Below the pieces are notes generated by a model. The model ran no database searches and was not told the DNA's origin. It saw nothing but the letters and a program-made list of their open reading frames with translations. Both the position numbers and the translations under genes were made by a program. From Eledone cirrhosa (lineage: Eukaryota): DNA of 64,000 nucleotides. The DNA is taken from NCBI GenBank assembly GCA_964016885.1, contig OZ024747.1, positions 27,714,001 through 27,778,000 of the forward strand, given 5' to 3'. Each line of letters begins with the position of its first letter. Position 1 is the first letter of the stretch. Shown piece by piece: positions 23,856 to 37,500 of this stretch.

Positions 23856-26800
23856 GAAATGACTTCTACGAGACTAGAACTGATGATTTCATACGAATGA
23901 AATAAAGGTAAATAGAGCTAACACTATGAGCCACACCTAAAATATCATCCAGACATTAATATAATCAAAATCACATTCCCAAAAGTTCTTCCTGTCTTAT
24001 GCACATATCTGTGAATGAATTCGTATGTATGTAGTACCCCCACTCACACATGCGCCATAAGCATATACTTACACACATCGTCCTAATAGAAGTATTTAGA
24101 GATAAACGCATAGGATTTATTTATTTTATACTTGTAACATGATGGCAGTTTATCGACATCACACTGTGTATATTTATGTTAAAAAAAATACTTATTTCCT
24201 GTAGCAGTCGGTGTTATTCGTGCCAGCTGGCTGCAAAGGTAGTTAACACTGTTTTCACTATTGAACAACAGACTAACGTCCGTCTTGCAATGAGATAACA
24301 CTGGTTTCGCTATTGAACATTACCATAACGTCTGCTTTGTTCTGAGGCAACGTAATGTCAGTTTGTTTGTGTCACACAGAATTTCTGATTTCCGGGTGAA
24401 TGCATATGAAATGAGACTACTTATTCTGGTGTCATGAGATGAATTCTATCGCAAATGTTTCGTTATGTGCCTAGGACAGACTGTTATACACCTAAGGATG
24501 TTCCAGTTCACCTTGGAATTTGGACAATATTATTGTAAAATAGGGGATATGGATATTTCATGTGTGTGTGCAGCGGCGGTGAAACTGGGGGCATGGTCTG
24601 CCCAATAATTATATTCTTCTCCTCAAACTACCAAAAACACACACTTATTTGTATATGTGCTACAATTTATGTACATGTTATGTAGAGACAGATAGAAGAG
24701 ATAGATATAGATATAGAGAGGGGTAGAGTTTGGTTTTAATAGATACAGGGGGGGGGGGGGGGGGTTAAAGAGAATTTTGTGTAATAGACATATAGAGGAG
24801 GAGAGTTTGGTGTCACTCTCGGGTCCCAAATAACAGGATAGGTGACAATAATGGGTTGGGGGAGGGGGCTCGGATATCTATAATTGTATAGTGTACGTTT
24901 GTAAATATGGGATTTCTTGTAATGTTCTTCTTTTGTCATAATGTTTTTTGTAAAATAAAATTATCATTAAATTCGCCAGTCTCTGTATCAATATGAATCA
25001 CTTACAATACAATTTCGCCGAAGATAGATTAGCAAAATTTAATAAGCGGGTGGGGGAAATCTGACAAATTAATAAGCATGGGGTGAGGACCTTATTCAAG
25101 ACCTGAGAGGAGTATGTGAATTATTGACGGATGTAAGAATGAAAAGTCAATACCGAAGTACAGTCTAAATATTCCCTTATTATGGCTAAGCCTTGTTACT
25201 CTGGAGTCTCACCTGCGTGTTCACCAGACAAGACTGGTGATCCAGTGAGTGCGCAGGTGAAACTTTAGAGTAACAAAGCTCACCAATAGCGGTAATACAT
25301 GAATGTATATATATATATATATTTATTTAGGTTTGTTGGTTCACCACTGGATAATATATATATATTTATAGGAAATGAATAAATTGGGTATAATACCAGT
25401 TTCTTACCAAATGCGAAGAAGCTCGATATATTAATCCCTTAGGAAAGGGCAAAGAGCATAATTTTTTTTAATTATATATATACAGTGGCGGTGGAACTGG
25501 GGGGGGGGGGGGGGGGGGGCATGCCTCCCTCCATTAATTATATTTTCTCCCCAAACTACCAAAACACACATCTACAATTTATGTACATGTTATGGTTATC
25601 GCATATCGAAGTTTTCTGACTAATTTAGAGTGTAAAGAGCTAAACTAATCACTACAACAATTCAGAAATGCTTCCACGACTCCTGGTGTGAATGTATGTA
25701 TATATATATATGTATATATATACGTATATATTATAATTAAGTTTAACCTATGTATGTATAAATATATACATTGATTATGTTACTCAACACAGAAAGCTCA
25801 CAGCATAATGTTTTTTTTTTACAAATTTAAACTATATAAAAAAACATTTTTCATATATGAAGTTGTGAAACAAAACTAGTATTATGTACATATATATAGA
25901 ACAACAAATAATATATATTACTTACTTAAATATAAATTCTCATACGGCCGTTTCATAGAAATCCAGAATACGGTGTCTATAATCGATTCTAATGATTGGT
26001 ATCTATCACCAATTATCGATTTTTGCAATAAACATCATTAAGACTTCGGAAAATTTCCATTCGTCAGTGAGAGCTTCGGGTCTTTCCTATATAAATCTCA
26101 CATTGCATACTAAATAGCAATCTGTCCAAGCAAGATGCTCAAAATAAAAGCACATAGTGCCAAAAATTAACGTCTTACAGAGGGCAGATATTTTACGGGA
26201 CTGGTCATAAAGAACGCTAACGATAGCAACCAAACCAAGCCCCTATATGGCACTCTACAAATTTAAAATTTATATACTACAGCTATGTTTAATCTATATA
26301 TATATGAAAATATATGTTGGTAATGTTACTCAACATAGAAAACTCAATGAACATTAAACTCAGAGCAATAAAAAATATGCCTGAGTGCATGGTTAGCCGA
26401 CAAGAAGTGAGAGACTCTTGGTTCTTATTAGAAGGAAAACTCTGATGTAAACCCTGCGACGTGATGGCAGCCAACAATGTTGACTTATTCTTCTTTTTGG
26501 ATATTTGTCACCGTTGTTCAGAGAGTGGGATTAATCCAGTGCAAGGCCTTTCTTCACTTAAAAAACGTTTCAAGAGCAGGCACTACTTGATCTAAATGAC
26601 TTACACGCGTGTTGCACGAGCATGGTCTTTTCTTTTTTTTCTTTCACTGCAGCATATGCTGAAAGGAATCTTAGTCCTTGGCGGATTAAAAATGTATGTT
26701 CGTGCCACCCATGTATGAGAAAAAGGTCAAGGGATGGCAGTTCTCGAAACTGAGATGCAACCATTATATAATGGCTGATAAAGGTCACAGTTATTGTATA

Positions 26801-27611
26801 GGACTGAAATATTTGTTGACTATGAAAAATTTACGATATTATGCTTATGTAAGGAAAGTAAGGACCTCCATAAAAGGTTACCAAAGATGGGAGGAGGCAT
26901 GAACTCGACATTTGCTGGGAGTGTTTTGGTTTCAGCTATGTTTAGTTCATAAGTAAAGGGTGGTGTGGCATTGTGATGTAGGGTTGATGTAGTATAACAT
27001 TGTGTAATGTTGTTGTGGTGTGATATAGTGTTGTGTGTGTAGTGTGGTGTGATACGGTGTGGTATATAGTGTTGTAGTGTGGTTTAGTGTGGTGTAATGG
27101 TGTTGTAGTATTGAGAGTTTTGCTAATTCAGAAATGGATTACATATCTGAATTCTTTTATGAAAGTTGTCGAAACAAAGACTAGTTCAAGCACGGGCATA
27201 CTAATTCAGTGTATGTTGTCTAGAAATGGCACACACTGTTTCTTATCAGTCATGACCCCTCTATATCCACTAAAATATAAAATAAAGTTTAACCGATTTG
27301 ATACTAACCTGACTGAAACCATCCTTGGTTCTACGTGACAAAAATGTGTTTTAAAGTGGTTGTATTTATGTAAAAAAAAAGAAAAGATTCTACCATAATT
27401 TTATATAAGAATCTCTGTTATGTTATGTTACACAAGTACCATCTTAATGAAATAATAATCCTTGCAAATTCTTCATTAACCCTTTTGATACCAAGTCACC
27501 TGAAACCGTCCCCGGTTCTTTGATAGAAAACTGTTTTAAAGAGTTTAAATTTATCTAAGAAAACCTTCCATCATAATTTTATGTAAGAATCTTTCTGTTC
27601 TAATCACCAAC

Positions 27612-28200
27612 TGATGGGCAGAGGCAGACTGAGGTGGGTGTAGATAGGTGGATGTAGGTGATGGGTGGTGGCAGATTGGGGCGGGTAGAGATTGATGGGA
27701 GTAGGTGATGGGTGGCGGCAGATTGAGGCGGGTAGAGATGGGGGGGTAGATGATGGGTGGTGGCAGATTGAGGCGGGTAGAGATGGATGGGAGTAGGTGA
27801 TGGGTGGCGGCGGATTGGGGCGGGTAGAGATGGGAGGGGGTAGATGATGGGTGGTGGCAGATTGAGGCGGGTAGAGATGGATGGGAGTAGGTGATGGGTG
27901 GCGGCGGATTGGGGCGGGTAGAGATGGGGGGGGTAGATGATGGGTGGTGGCAGATTGAGGCGGGTAGAGATGGATGGGAGTAGGTGATGGGTGGCGGCGG
28001 ATTGGGGCGGGTAGAGATGGGGGGGGGGAGATGATGGTGGTGGCAGGTTGAGATGGGTGGGAGTAGGTGATGGGTGATGGCAGGTTGAGGTGGTTGGAGG
28101 TGTGTGGAGTTAGCTGGAGGTAGGTAAGAGTGGTAGAAATGGTTGGGGCTAGTTGGAGATGTGTGGAGGCAGCGAGTGGAGGAAAGTTGAGACGGGTGGC
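27612..28200 (+). repeat. G-rich minisatellite (~40/80-bp higher-order unit)
   Basis: GATGGGTGG(T/C)GGC(A/G)GATTG(A/G)GGCGGGTAGAGATGG... repeated. Confidence 0.9.
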
Positions 28201-28729
28201 AATGGGAGCACATTAAATAAACAAATACAATTTATTGATTTGTGGGAGGAATATTTTTTTATTCATCGAAATATTTTTGTCTTTCAATGGAAACTGAATT
28301 CTTCATAAAATTCCCATGATCTCTCTTGAACTAACACAGCAACAACAGCACAACACCAACAATAACAATAACAACACTACCACCACCACCACTACCAATA
28401 ACAACAGCACCACCACCACCGCTACCAACAACAACAATAAACAAACAAACAATTAGTTAACTATATGGAAAATACAAGAAAAACAACAAAGATAAAGGAA
28501 TAAATATATCAGGTATCTGGGGGTGGGGTTTCAAGAAAGGATAAAAGAGTGGAAGAAAAAAGAATGAGAGAGAAAAGGAGAGAAAGAATGAAAGGACAAG
28601 GCAATAAGGAATTGGTTAATTCAATATTTGGAAGGAATAAATGTGAGGAATATAGCTAGGAGGTGTTTTCTGGTGAGATTAAAACTCTCTGGCAATTTTT
28701 GGAGAGATGAAGATATATAGTAAGATCTG

Positions 28730-29500
28730 GGTGGTGTAGTGGTGAGGTGGTGGTTTAGGTGGTGGTGGTGGTGGTGGTGGTGGTGGTGTGGTGGTGTGGT
28801 GGTGTGGTAGTGTGGTAGTGTGGTGGTGATTGTGGTGGTGGTAGTGTGGTTGTGGTGGTTTAGTGGTGAGGTGGTGGTTGTGGTGGTTGTGGTGTGGTGG
28901 TGTGGTAGTGTGGTGGTGGTTGTGGTGGTGGTAGTGTGGTTGTGGTGGTTTAGTGGTGAGGTGGTGGTTGTGGTGGTTGTGGTGTGGTGGTGTGGTGGTG
29001 TGGTAGTGTGGTGGTGGTGTGGTGGTGTGGTGGTGTGGTGGTGTGGTGGTGGTAGTGTGGTGGTGGTGGTTGTGGTGGTTGTGGTGGTTGTGGTGGTTTA
29101 GTGGTGAGGTGGTGGTTGTGGTGGTGTGGTAGTGTGATGGTGGTTGTGGTGGTGGTAGTGTGGTGGTGGTTGTGGTGGTTTAGTGGTGAAGTGGTGGTTG
29201 TGGTGGTGGTAGTGTGGTGGTGTGGTGGTGGTGGTGTTGGTGGTGCTGGTGGTGGTTGTGGTGGTGGTAGTGTGGTGGTGTGGTGGTGGTGGTTGTGATG
29301 GTGTAGTGGTGAGGTGGTGGTTGTGGTGGTGGTAGTGTGGCGGTGTGATGGTGGTAGTGTGGCGGTGTGATGGTGGTAGTGCTGGTGATGGTGGTGGCGG
29401 TAATGATGTAGTGGGGATGTGGAGTAGGTAGTTCTAGTGGTACTGTAGTATTGGTGGTGGTGGTGGTGGTGGTGGTGGTGGTGGTGGTGTAGTGTTGTTG
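28730..29500 (+). repeat. Degenerate (GTG)n low-complexity tract
   Basis: GGT/GTG/GTGTG iterations. Confidence 0.9.
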
Positions 29501-29886
29501 TTGTTTGTGTTGTGGTGGTAGTGTAATGATAATTGGAGATAAAGAAGTGCGGTAAAATTTAGGTATTTATACATACAACTGCTACTTTGATATAGTCGGG
29601 GTGTAGTGTAGTGGTTGTGTTGTAGTGGTGTAGTAGTGACAGTAGTGTAGTGGTTGTGTTGTAGTGGTGTAGTAGTGACAGTAGTGTAGTCATGTGATGT
29701 TGTTCTGGTAGCCATTGCAGATAAAAAGAAAAATGTATATGTAGATGAGATAGAAAGAACTGTATGTATATGTATATATGTGTGTGTATGTTAGATAATT
29801 CCGAAGAAAAGGCATAGAAAAAAAGAGTGCTCTATGTATAGAACAGAGCTATTTAATTAGAAAGTGAACAAGACAATATATAACTA

Positions 29887-29954
29887 CTCCTTTACCAAAG
29901 GTTTCAGGACCCGAGACAATATTAACATGCGTCTAAATCGTTCATCAGACGGAG
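29887..29954 (-). ncRNA. Type-I hammerhead motif (family H) in a fold-back (29858-30032)
   Basis: CTCCGT-CTGATGA...GAAACCtttGGTA-AAGGAG. The opposite arm reads ATGGAG, which restores helix I. Confidence 0.6.
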
Positions 29955-30033
29955 ATGTTATATTAATATTGTCTAGTGTCCTGAAACCTTTGGTAATGGA
30001 GTGATTATATATTGTGTTGTTCACTTTCTAATA

Positions 30034-30080
<47 letters not shown>

Positions 30081-30092
30081 ATATATTATATA

Positions 30093-30123
<31 letters not shown>

Positions 30124-30547
30124 CGATATTAATAAATGGAAACTATATTTATAAAACCATATTTATTTCATTATACATATTTCAAGGATATATACCAGTT
30201 TTATAAATAAACATTGACGTACCCTTTCAAAATGCGACCGTTACTTTTGGAAGACATCAGGATAGTTTATGACTATCCTGATGTCTTCCAAAACTAACGG
30301 TCGCATTTTGAAAGGGTGCGTCAATGTTTATTTATAAAACTGGTATATATTGTATTTTGTCTGATGAAGGCATACCATAATTTAACATGATATCCTTGAA
30401 ATATGTATAATGAAATAAATATGTTTTTATAAATACAGTTTCCATTTATTAATATCGTATATTTACTCCAAATACTTGTCGAGTGCTTTATATCAGTTAT
30501 AAAAATATTTGCTTGTTGTATCCCAACATTTTAAATAGAATTTTTGC

Positions 30548-30550
<3 letters not shown>
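30124..30550 (+). mobile_element. Penelope-like fold-back element (family A) between (TA)n tracts
   Basis: Inverted arms centred on GGATAGT-ttatg-ACTATCC (~30260-30278). Hammerhead at 30353-30417. Confidence 0.7.
30353..30417 (+). ncRNA. Type-I hammerhead ribozyme motif (family A)
   Basis: TATTTTGT-CTGATGA-AGG...CCTT-GAAATATGTATA-ATGAAATA. Confidence 0.65.
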
Positions 30551-30578
<28 letters not shown>

Positions 30579-30842
30579 ATTATATATATATATTATATAT
30601 ATATATATATTATATATATATATATATTATATATATATATTATATATATATATATATTATATATATATATATATATAAATACAATATCGGAGAAAGCTTT
30701 TTAACGATACTCCGGCCAATTTCCAACTCACTCAACAAACATTAGGAAATAAGTGATTATATTCCTAATTAAGCGTTCGGTGTGCTAACTAAAAGTATTG
30801 CGTGGAAAATTGGCTGTATTATTTCATATGAGACATATCGAA

Positions 30843-32876
30843 TATATGCCGAATATCAGTTGAATATTGGGAGACAAAATCCAGGTGTCGGAGTTCTCTC
30901 GGTGAATGTCGATCAGGTTTGGTACGGAACGCATAAATTAATGGTTTATGGTCCGTGTAGATCACAAAATCTGATCCTTCGAGCATGTGCCGAAAATGCT
31001 TAACCGAAAGATAGGTTGCCAAGAGTTCGCGGCCAAAGGTACTGTATTTCGTTTCTGCCGGTTGCAACCGCTTAGAAAAGAAGGACAAGGGTTGCCACAC
31101 GCCGTCGACATGTTGTTGTAGAACGCCTCCAACCCCCGTGTCTGATGCGTCCACTAGCAGCGAAAGAGGAGCGCCAGACCTGGGGAAAACGAGCATGGAA
31201 GCGTTTGCCAACATTTCCTTCAGGCGGTTAAAAGATGTTAATTCTTCCTCGTTCAGAGTGATCTCTTCGTTTTTGCGAGTCCAGTTACGAAGAAGGTCCG
31301 TGAGGAGTCTGGCTGCGTCGGAACAATGAAGGATAAACCGCCTATAAAAATTCACCAGACCGAGGAATTCACGCAGTTTCCGAGTGATTGTAGGTGCAGG
31401 AAAACTGTGGATAGCTTCTATTTTCTCGGGAAGTGGACGAATGCCGTCTTTATTGATGATGTGCTCGAGAAAGGACAGTGAAGGAACGCCGAGAAGGCAC
31501 TTGCTGGGGTTGATGATGATACCGTACTCAGCCAAACGTCGGAAAAGGAGATCTAAGTGCTTCTCGTGTTCATTCTCAGAAGCACTTGCTACCAGTACGT
31601 CGTCAATATACGCGTATACGAAGGGTAGATCGCGTAACACGGTGTCAATGAACCGTTGAAAAGTTTGTGCAGCGTTGCGCAGACCGAACGGCATTCGTAG
31701 GAATTCGAATAAACCGAACGGTGTTGTGATTGCGGTCTTCGGAATGTCTGCAGGCTCCATGGGTATTTGGTTATATGCACGCACCAGATCTACCTTGGAA
31801 AAGATACGTGCGCCTTACAGAGAGGCAGAAAAATCGTGCAGGTGAGGTACAGGGTAATTATCGGGCACTGTAGAATTGTTAAGTGCACGATAATCCCCAC
31901 ATGGTCGCCAATCATTCTCGTTTTTTTTTGGAACAAGGTGTAGGGGTGCAGACCAGTTGCTGGAGGAAGGGCGAATGATTCCGAGGTCCAGCATGTGTTG
32001 GAACTCCTGCTTGGCGATTCTCAATCGGTCTGGAGGCAGTCTCCTTGGTCGGGCAGCTGTGGCTGGTCCCTTTGTCTCGATGTGGTGCGTGACACTATGC
32101 TTAATGGGACCATCCTTAAATACCGGGCGAGTGATGTCTGGGTATTTCTGGAGAATGCCGTTGTACTGCGAAGGCTCTTACTGGCACATTACAGGGCTCA
32201 CTGTGGATTGCGTCGTAAATACACCTCTCACAGTGAGGTTTGTGGTGGTGTCGATAAGCCTCCGGTTCTTCATATCCACCAGAAAGTTGAAGTGGTGGAG
32301 AAAATCGACTCCTAGGATCGGGGTCGGCAGGTCTGCCACGACAAACACCCATTGAAAACGCCGCCTCAGGCCTAAATTGAGGGTCAGAGACTTCTCCCCG
32401 AAAGTCGGAATTGACGATTGATTCACTGCCTGCAGAAAGGACGGGGTTGGGTGTCTTTTGCCCGAGATCAGTGAAACCGGAATAACACTGACCTGGGCTC
32501 CTGTATCCACGAGGTATCGGATGCCTGTCGCCTGGTCGTTAATAAAAAATAAACGACTTTTCTTTTCAGTACCAGGGGTGAACGTCGTCGCCAGGCCCTG
32601 AGTGGCATTCCGGAAAGAGCACGGGGCTTTGCACTTAGATGCCTGTGCGCCGAAATTTGTGTGATACCAGCAGAGGTTGCCAGGTACACGATTTTGACTG
32701 GGACTACTGGATCTTCGACTGTGAAAAGGCCTGGATCGACTGTTGCTGCGTCGCCGGTGTGTTTGAAAGGTCAAGTTCTCTACTTGATTCGAGAGGGCTT
32801 TAATTTGACCAGCCCGCTCTCTGATCATAGCCCGCAGCTCTGAAATCTCGGCCTCTGTCGTTTGTGACATGTCCAT
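30843..32876 (-). pseudogene. Ty3/Gypsy gag-pol pseudogene (CsRn1-like): Gag C-terminus, protease, RT, RNase H
   Basis: One frame with two in-frame TAA stops (32178, 31815). Motifs: CHCC Gag CWYHTNFGAQASKCKAPC, protease LVDTGAQVS, RT YIDD, RNase [15 protein letters not shown]. The sequence breaks after DIRHI and has no integrase. Confidence 0.95.
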
Positions 32877-32916
32877 ATTGATATTTTCTTAGGTGCTGTC
32901 TAGTTGCGCGTTCGAC

Positions 32917-32932
32917 TCACGTCGGGTCACCA
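32917..32932 (-). promoter_or_regulatory. Primer-binding site, tRNA-Trp type
   Basis: TGGTGACCCGACGTGA lies 2 nt after the LTR end. It matches the tRNA-Trp PBS TGGTGACCCCGACGTGA except for one missing C. Confidence 0.8.
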
Positions 32933-32934
32933 AT

Positions 32935-33419
32935 TGTAGCGACGTGGTTAGTCAGTCTAGTCACTACTTCTGATCAGATCCGAGAATAGTCCTTAGAAGG
33001 ACTGTTATCGCATACGGTCTGATCAGATATGAAGATAGCCCTTAAAAGGACTGCTGTCGCATATAGCCCTTAACTGAACTGTTGAGGATGGACAGACGAA
33101 AGCACAAGTTGAAAGGACGAAGCAAGGCGAGATGTAAATTCGATCAGTTATTTATTTTCACATGAAGCAACGATACGGGGTACAAGGCGTGTGTGAGTGA
33201 CAAAGCGTGGCAGAGTAAAGGAACAACGATGCGCTAACTGACTCTGCCAAAAGTCGACTGGCGAAAGTGTTAGGAACCAGTGTATGGCGTTTAGGTTCTT
33301 ATTCTGGTAGGTCCTAATTCTGGTAGGTTCTAAGGGTTCTTTTGTTTCACGTTGAAGTAGCTAGCTAACAGGTAGATGGCGCTGTATATTTCACAGCTGT
33401 TATTTCCGGTGGCTGTACA
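32935..33419 (-). mobile_element. 5' LTR (~485 bp) of the Gypsy element
   Basis: TGTA...TACA termini on the minus strand, AATAAA near 33150, adjacent PBS. The outer flank is (CA)n(TA)n. Confidence 0.75.
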
Positions 33420-33437
33420 CACACACACACACACACG

Positions 33438-33514
<77 letters not shown>

Positions 33515-33735
33515 CGTAACGCGGAGTTACTGTAGGTTCACCCGGGTGAGCAGTCGGTATCGAGGTGTAGAGCTAGACAGAGTGTAGTATAATAATACAA
33601 GGACGAATGGTTACTCCTTCGTTGCCTTTATTGGTTGGTGACGCGCGTTTCTCTACTGATCAGCTCAAGGTTCGATGTATCGATGTGACCCGACTTTCTA
33701 AGCCAAAAAAGTGACCAAGCTAAGCGGGTCAAACA

Positions 33736-33771
<36 letters not shown>

Positions 33772-34522
33772 ACCAAGCTAAGCGGGTCAAACAAACAATA
33801 TATATATATATATAATATATAATATATATATATATATATTGTTTGTTTGACCCGCTTAGCTTGGTCGCTTTTTTGGCTTAGGTGGTTAATGGCTTCTTAA
33901 CTTAACCATCGTCTCAGTTTTGTATGGCCTTTTTAACTTATGTTTATAGCTCTGGTATCTTCGTATCCATTGAGCGCTTGCCAACACAATCGGAAGTTGC
34001 GTTTCGCTAATTTCTACTCGCCGCCGAAATGCGATTCTCGCATTTCGGCGGCGAGTAGAATGAAACGCGTAGGTTACTTCCCTTGCTTTTATCGAGAATC
34101 TCAAATTGGAATACGTGACGTATTCTATTCTATAGCGATTGGGTCTTCGAAATGTTTATTATAAACATACAGAATATTTTCGAATATTCTATGTTTGTCT
34201 TCACATATATATCGCTATTTCAGAGCATTATATCCAAATATATATATATATATATGATAATAATAATAATAATAATAATGTTTTCTTTATTAACCACAAG
34301 GGTTCACATAAAGTAGACATTAAGGACAGTACAGGACAATACAGGACGGTACAAATGGGCATTTCTGCGTGTAAAAAAACAGAGGTTGAAATAAAATAAC
34401 AAAGAAAAATTCCCCAATAGGGGGGAGACTTCCAAGGGACATTTGTGGAGAAAGCCCATTAAAAGACCACAGTGGCCCTGACCACCAGGGCAAGTGCCCT
34501 CTCCCAGTTTTCCACCTTTAAT

Positions 34523-37500
34523 TTACAGACACATACTCAGAGAAGGCCCATTCATTCGGGCCATACTTGCTTCTCTCACCCATCTTTCAACAAAATGCTG
34601 GGAAGAGAGCACTTCCCTCTCTACCCTGATTTTCCTTTTCAAATGAAATTTGAAAAAGTTAATCAGGGCATCACCGAAGAGGTAAGTGCTCGTCTTCAGC
34701 CCTTTCAAACGTGTCCACCATACTATCTCTTTCGCCATGGCCACCAGACAGATAAAAACTGCCTGCCCTTCCAGGCTAAAGGAAGGGGGCGGGGCAATCC
34801 TCACGATGGACTCAGCTGATAGCTGGATCCGTCCTACACGTGACAGCAGGTGTTCGACATAAACCCACAAGTCAGCAATGCTCGGACACTGGACGAGTGC
34901 GTGCAGGACGGTTTCGTCGCCCTGCGCGCATCTCGGACATGCCCGGCTGACGGCACCTCCATGCCTGTAGAGTTTATCCCGAACTGGCAAAGCTCCTCGG
35001 TAGCACTGCCAGGCCAGGGATTTCTGGAAGTTGTCCATAGGCCCCGGCCCGAAAGTCCTTCCGAAGAGATTGGCTAGTTGATTTTCGTCGACGCCTAGAG
35101 TTTCTCCAAGTACGTCGTCGCTCTTCCCCTCCACTAATCCCCTATAGAACGCCAAGGTGGAGTTTCCACCGATCACATTGCCCGATTGGTCGAGGGCTGT
35201 GAGCGCCTGAAGACATTCCAGTCTCCAAGCGCTCCCTCTCGGTCTTCGCTTGACCCAGGACTGCAGCTCCGTCAAGGAGACGAGCTGGGGAAAAACGCGT
35301 CTTGCAAACGGCGACCACACCTGATCACCGTCGAGGAAGAGGTGGAGATGTCGTAGCCTGAGCGCGTGTCTGCGCATCATCAGCCACGGCATGCCCAGCC
35401 CTCCACGCAGCGGGTGTTGACAGCAGATGGACCGCCTGACCATCGGAGCGCGTCCCTTCCACAAGAAGCGAAAGAGCAAACGCTCCAGCGCAGTCAGGCG
35501 GGGCTTAGGACAAGGTACGACGGTCAGGCGGTAGTAGATGACGGATGCGATGTACGCATTCGCCACCTCCGCTCGACCTTTCAGGGATAGCTTCCTCTCG
35601 GCCCATTTCTGGGTGAGAGAAGCCACCCTGCTCGTCACCTCGTCCCAGTTTTTGTCCGTCTGGAGGTCTGGACCGAACCAGACCCCTAGCAATTTAACCG
35701 GTCCGTCCGTCCAGCGCCCGACGACGCTGTTGGACGGCATGGACCTGCCTCTCCAGGTGCCGAGCTGCAGGCCCACTGACTTTTCCTGGTTGATCATTGC
35801 TCCTGTCACCGCTTCGTATTCTCTTAGTGTAGTGCCGATCGCCTCGATGTGTTTGGCGTTCGACACCACTACGGTGACATCGTCGGCATATGCTGACACG
35901 GATCTTCCGCATCCTAGTTCGCGCGGGACCCCCCTCAACGTCTCCAGCTTGTGCAGTAATGGCTCGAGAGTCAATACGTACAATAGGGACGAGAGGGGAC
36001 ATCCTTGGCGGACCGAGCGCATGATGTTGAACGGTTCCGGAAAGGTGACCGTTCACTCTCACTACAGAGCAGATGTCGCTGTGCATGGCAGCGATCCAGC
36101 CTCTGAAGACGGGCCCAAAGCCAGCCGCCCTCAGGACTGCCGTTAGGTAACGATGGTCGACCCTATCGAAGGCTTTCGACTGATCTAAATTGATCAAAGA
36201 CCCACCCGTGCCAGGTTCCCTAGCTACCCTCTCTACGATGTATCGCATGAGGTGGAGGTTGTCGTGGATGGATCTGTCGGGAATGGCGCATGTCTGTGCC
36301 TCTCCCACCAGACCACCAACGACAAGCGCCAACCTCTTTGCTAGCACCTTGGCCAAAATCTTGAACTCTGTGTTTAGCAGAGTTATGGGCCTAAAATTAT
36401 CTATGTCATCCCCCTTGTTCGGATCCTTTCTCAGCAGCGCCACCGCTCCTCGGCTCACAGAGCTGGGAATTCTCCCGTTCTGTTGCCAGTTGCAGTAGAC
36501 GTCCGCCAAGAGGCCTCCGAACAAGTTTGGCATTTGTACGTAAAGTTCATAGGGCAGACCATCCAAACCAGGCGATTTACCCCTTGTGCAACTAGTCATT
36601 GCATCCCGTACTTCAGCGGTTGTTATCGGCTTTTCGCAACACTCCGCCTCAGTGGCCGAAAGCCGCGGCAGTCCGTCGAGGTAGACACTAAAGTCCATCC
36701 CTCGATCCGGCCCGCCACTGCCCCCGAACAGTTGAGCGAAGTGTCGCTGAAAAGCTTCACACATTTGCCCGGGATCGAGTAGCATGCGCCCGTCGTGGTC
36801 CACCAAAGACCGGATCGTGGCTTTGTTGCCACGACGCGCCTTCGCCACTCGGGCCCATTGAACGGCTTTCGTCCCCTCGTGTCTGAGAGCACGCACCCTA
36901 GCTCTGACAACGCAGCCTTCGTGCTTTGCATTGAAGAATTGGTCAAGGGCCAATTTCGCCGCAAGTACGTCGGTCGCGATGCCTTTGCTAAGCGCCTCAT
37001 CTAATTTTCTAACTAATTCTCCCTCTGCTCTATTTTTCTCTATTGCTAAAGTCTTACTAAACCTAATGGACTCTATTCTAATTGCTCTTTTCAGAGCAAA
37101 CCACCACTTGTTGTTGACGATGGCCCCCGTCAACGCCCGCTTAACTAGTTCGCTAATCCGGTCTCTGTAGGCCTTGCGCGCTGGTAAGGACGCGTTTAGC
37201 TTCCAGTAGCCTGGTCCTCGTCTATGAAGCCTATCTAAGTCAAGCACACAGATCACGAATTTGTGGTCCGTGTAGCTGACTATCTTGAATTGTGGACAGC
37301 CTATGCTAGACCTATCTATTTCCCTACAAAATACTCTATCTAGATATGATCTGGATGACCCTATGCGATTTGTCCAAGTCCACATTGGTACATTCGGGAA
37401 ATCCATTCGGTACCTGTCAGACAGTTCAAAACGTCTGAGCAGGTTGGTGAGACTCTTGCACCCTCCTTCCCTATCCACTAATCCCACACAATCCCAGCGT

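Noticed and set aside
24572-25600. Two CAG(C/T)GGCGGTG..ACTGGGGG blocks as paired TIRs
   Set aside because: They are in direct, not inverted, orientation. They are two copies of the same element end with no TSD.
27551-28213. 220-aa Pro/His-rich ORF
   Set aside because: It is the reverse-strand translation of the G-rich minisatellite.
33630-33670. CTGATCA-gtaga-GAAACGCGCGTC (minus strand) as a complete hammerhead
   Set aside because: The core is non-canonical and has no helix II. It is probably only the 3' half of a truncated motif.
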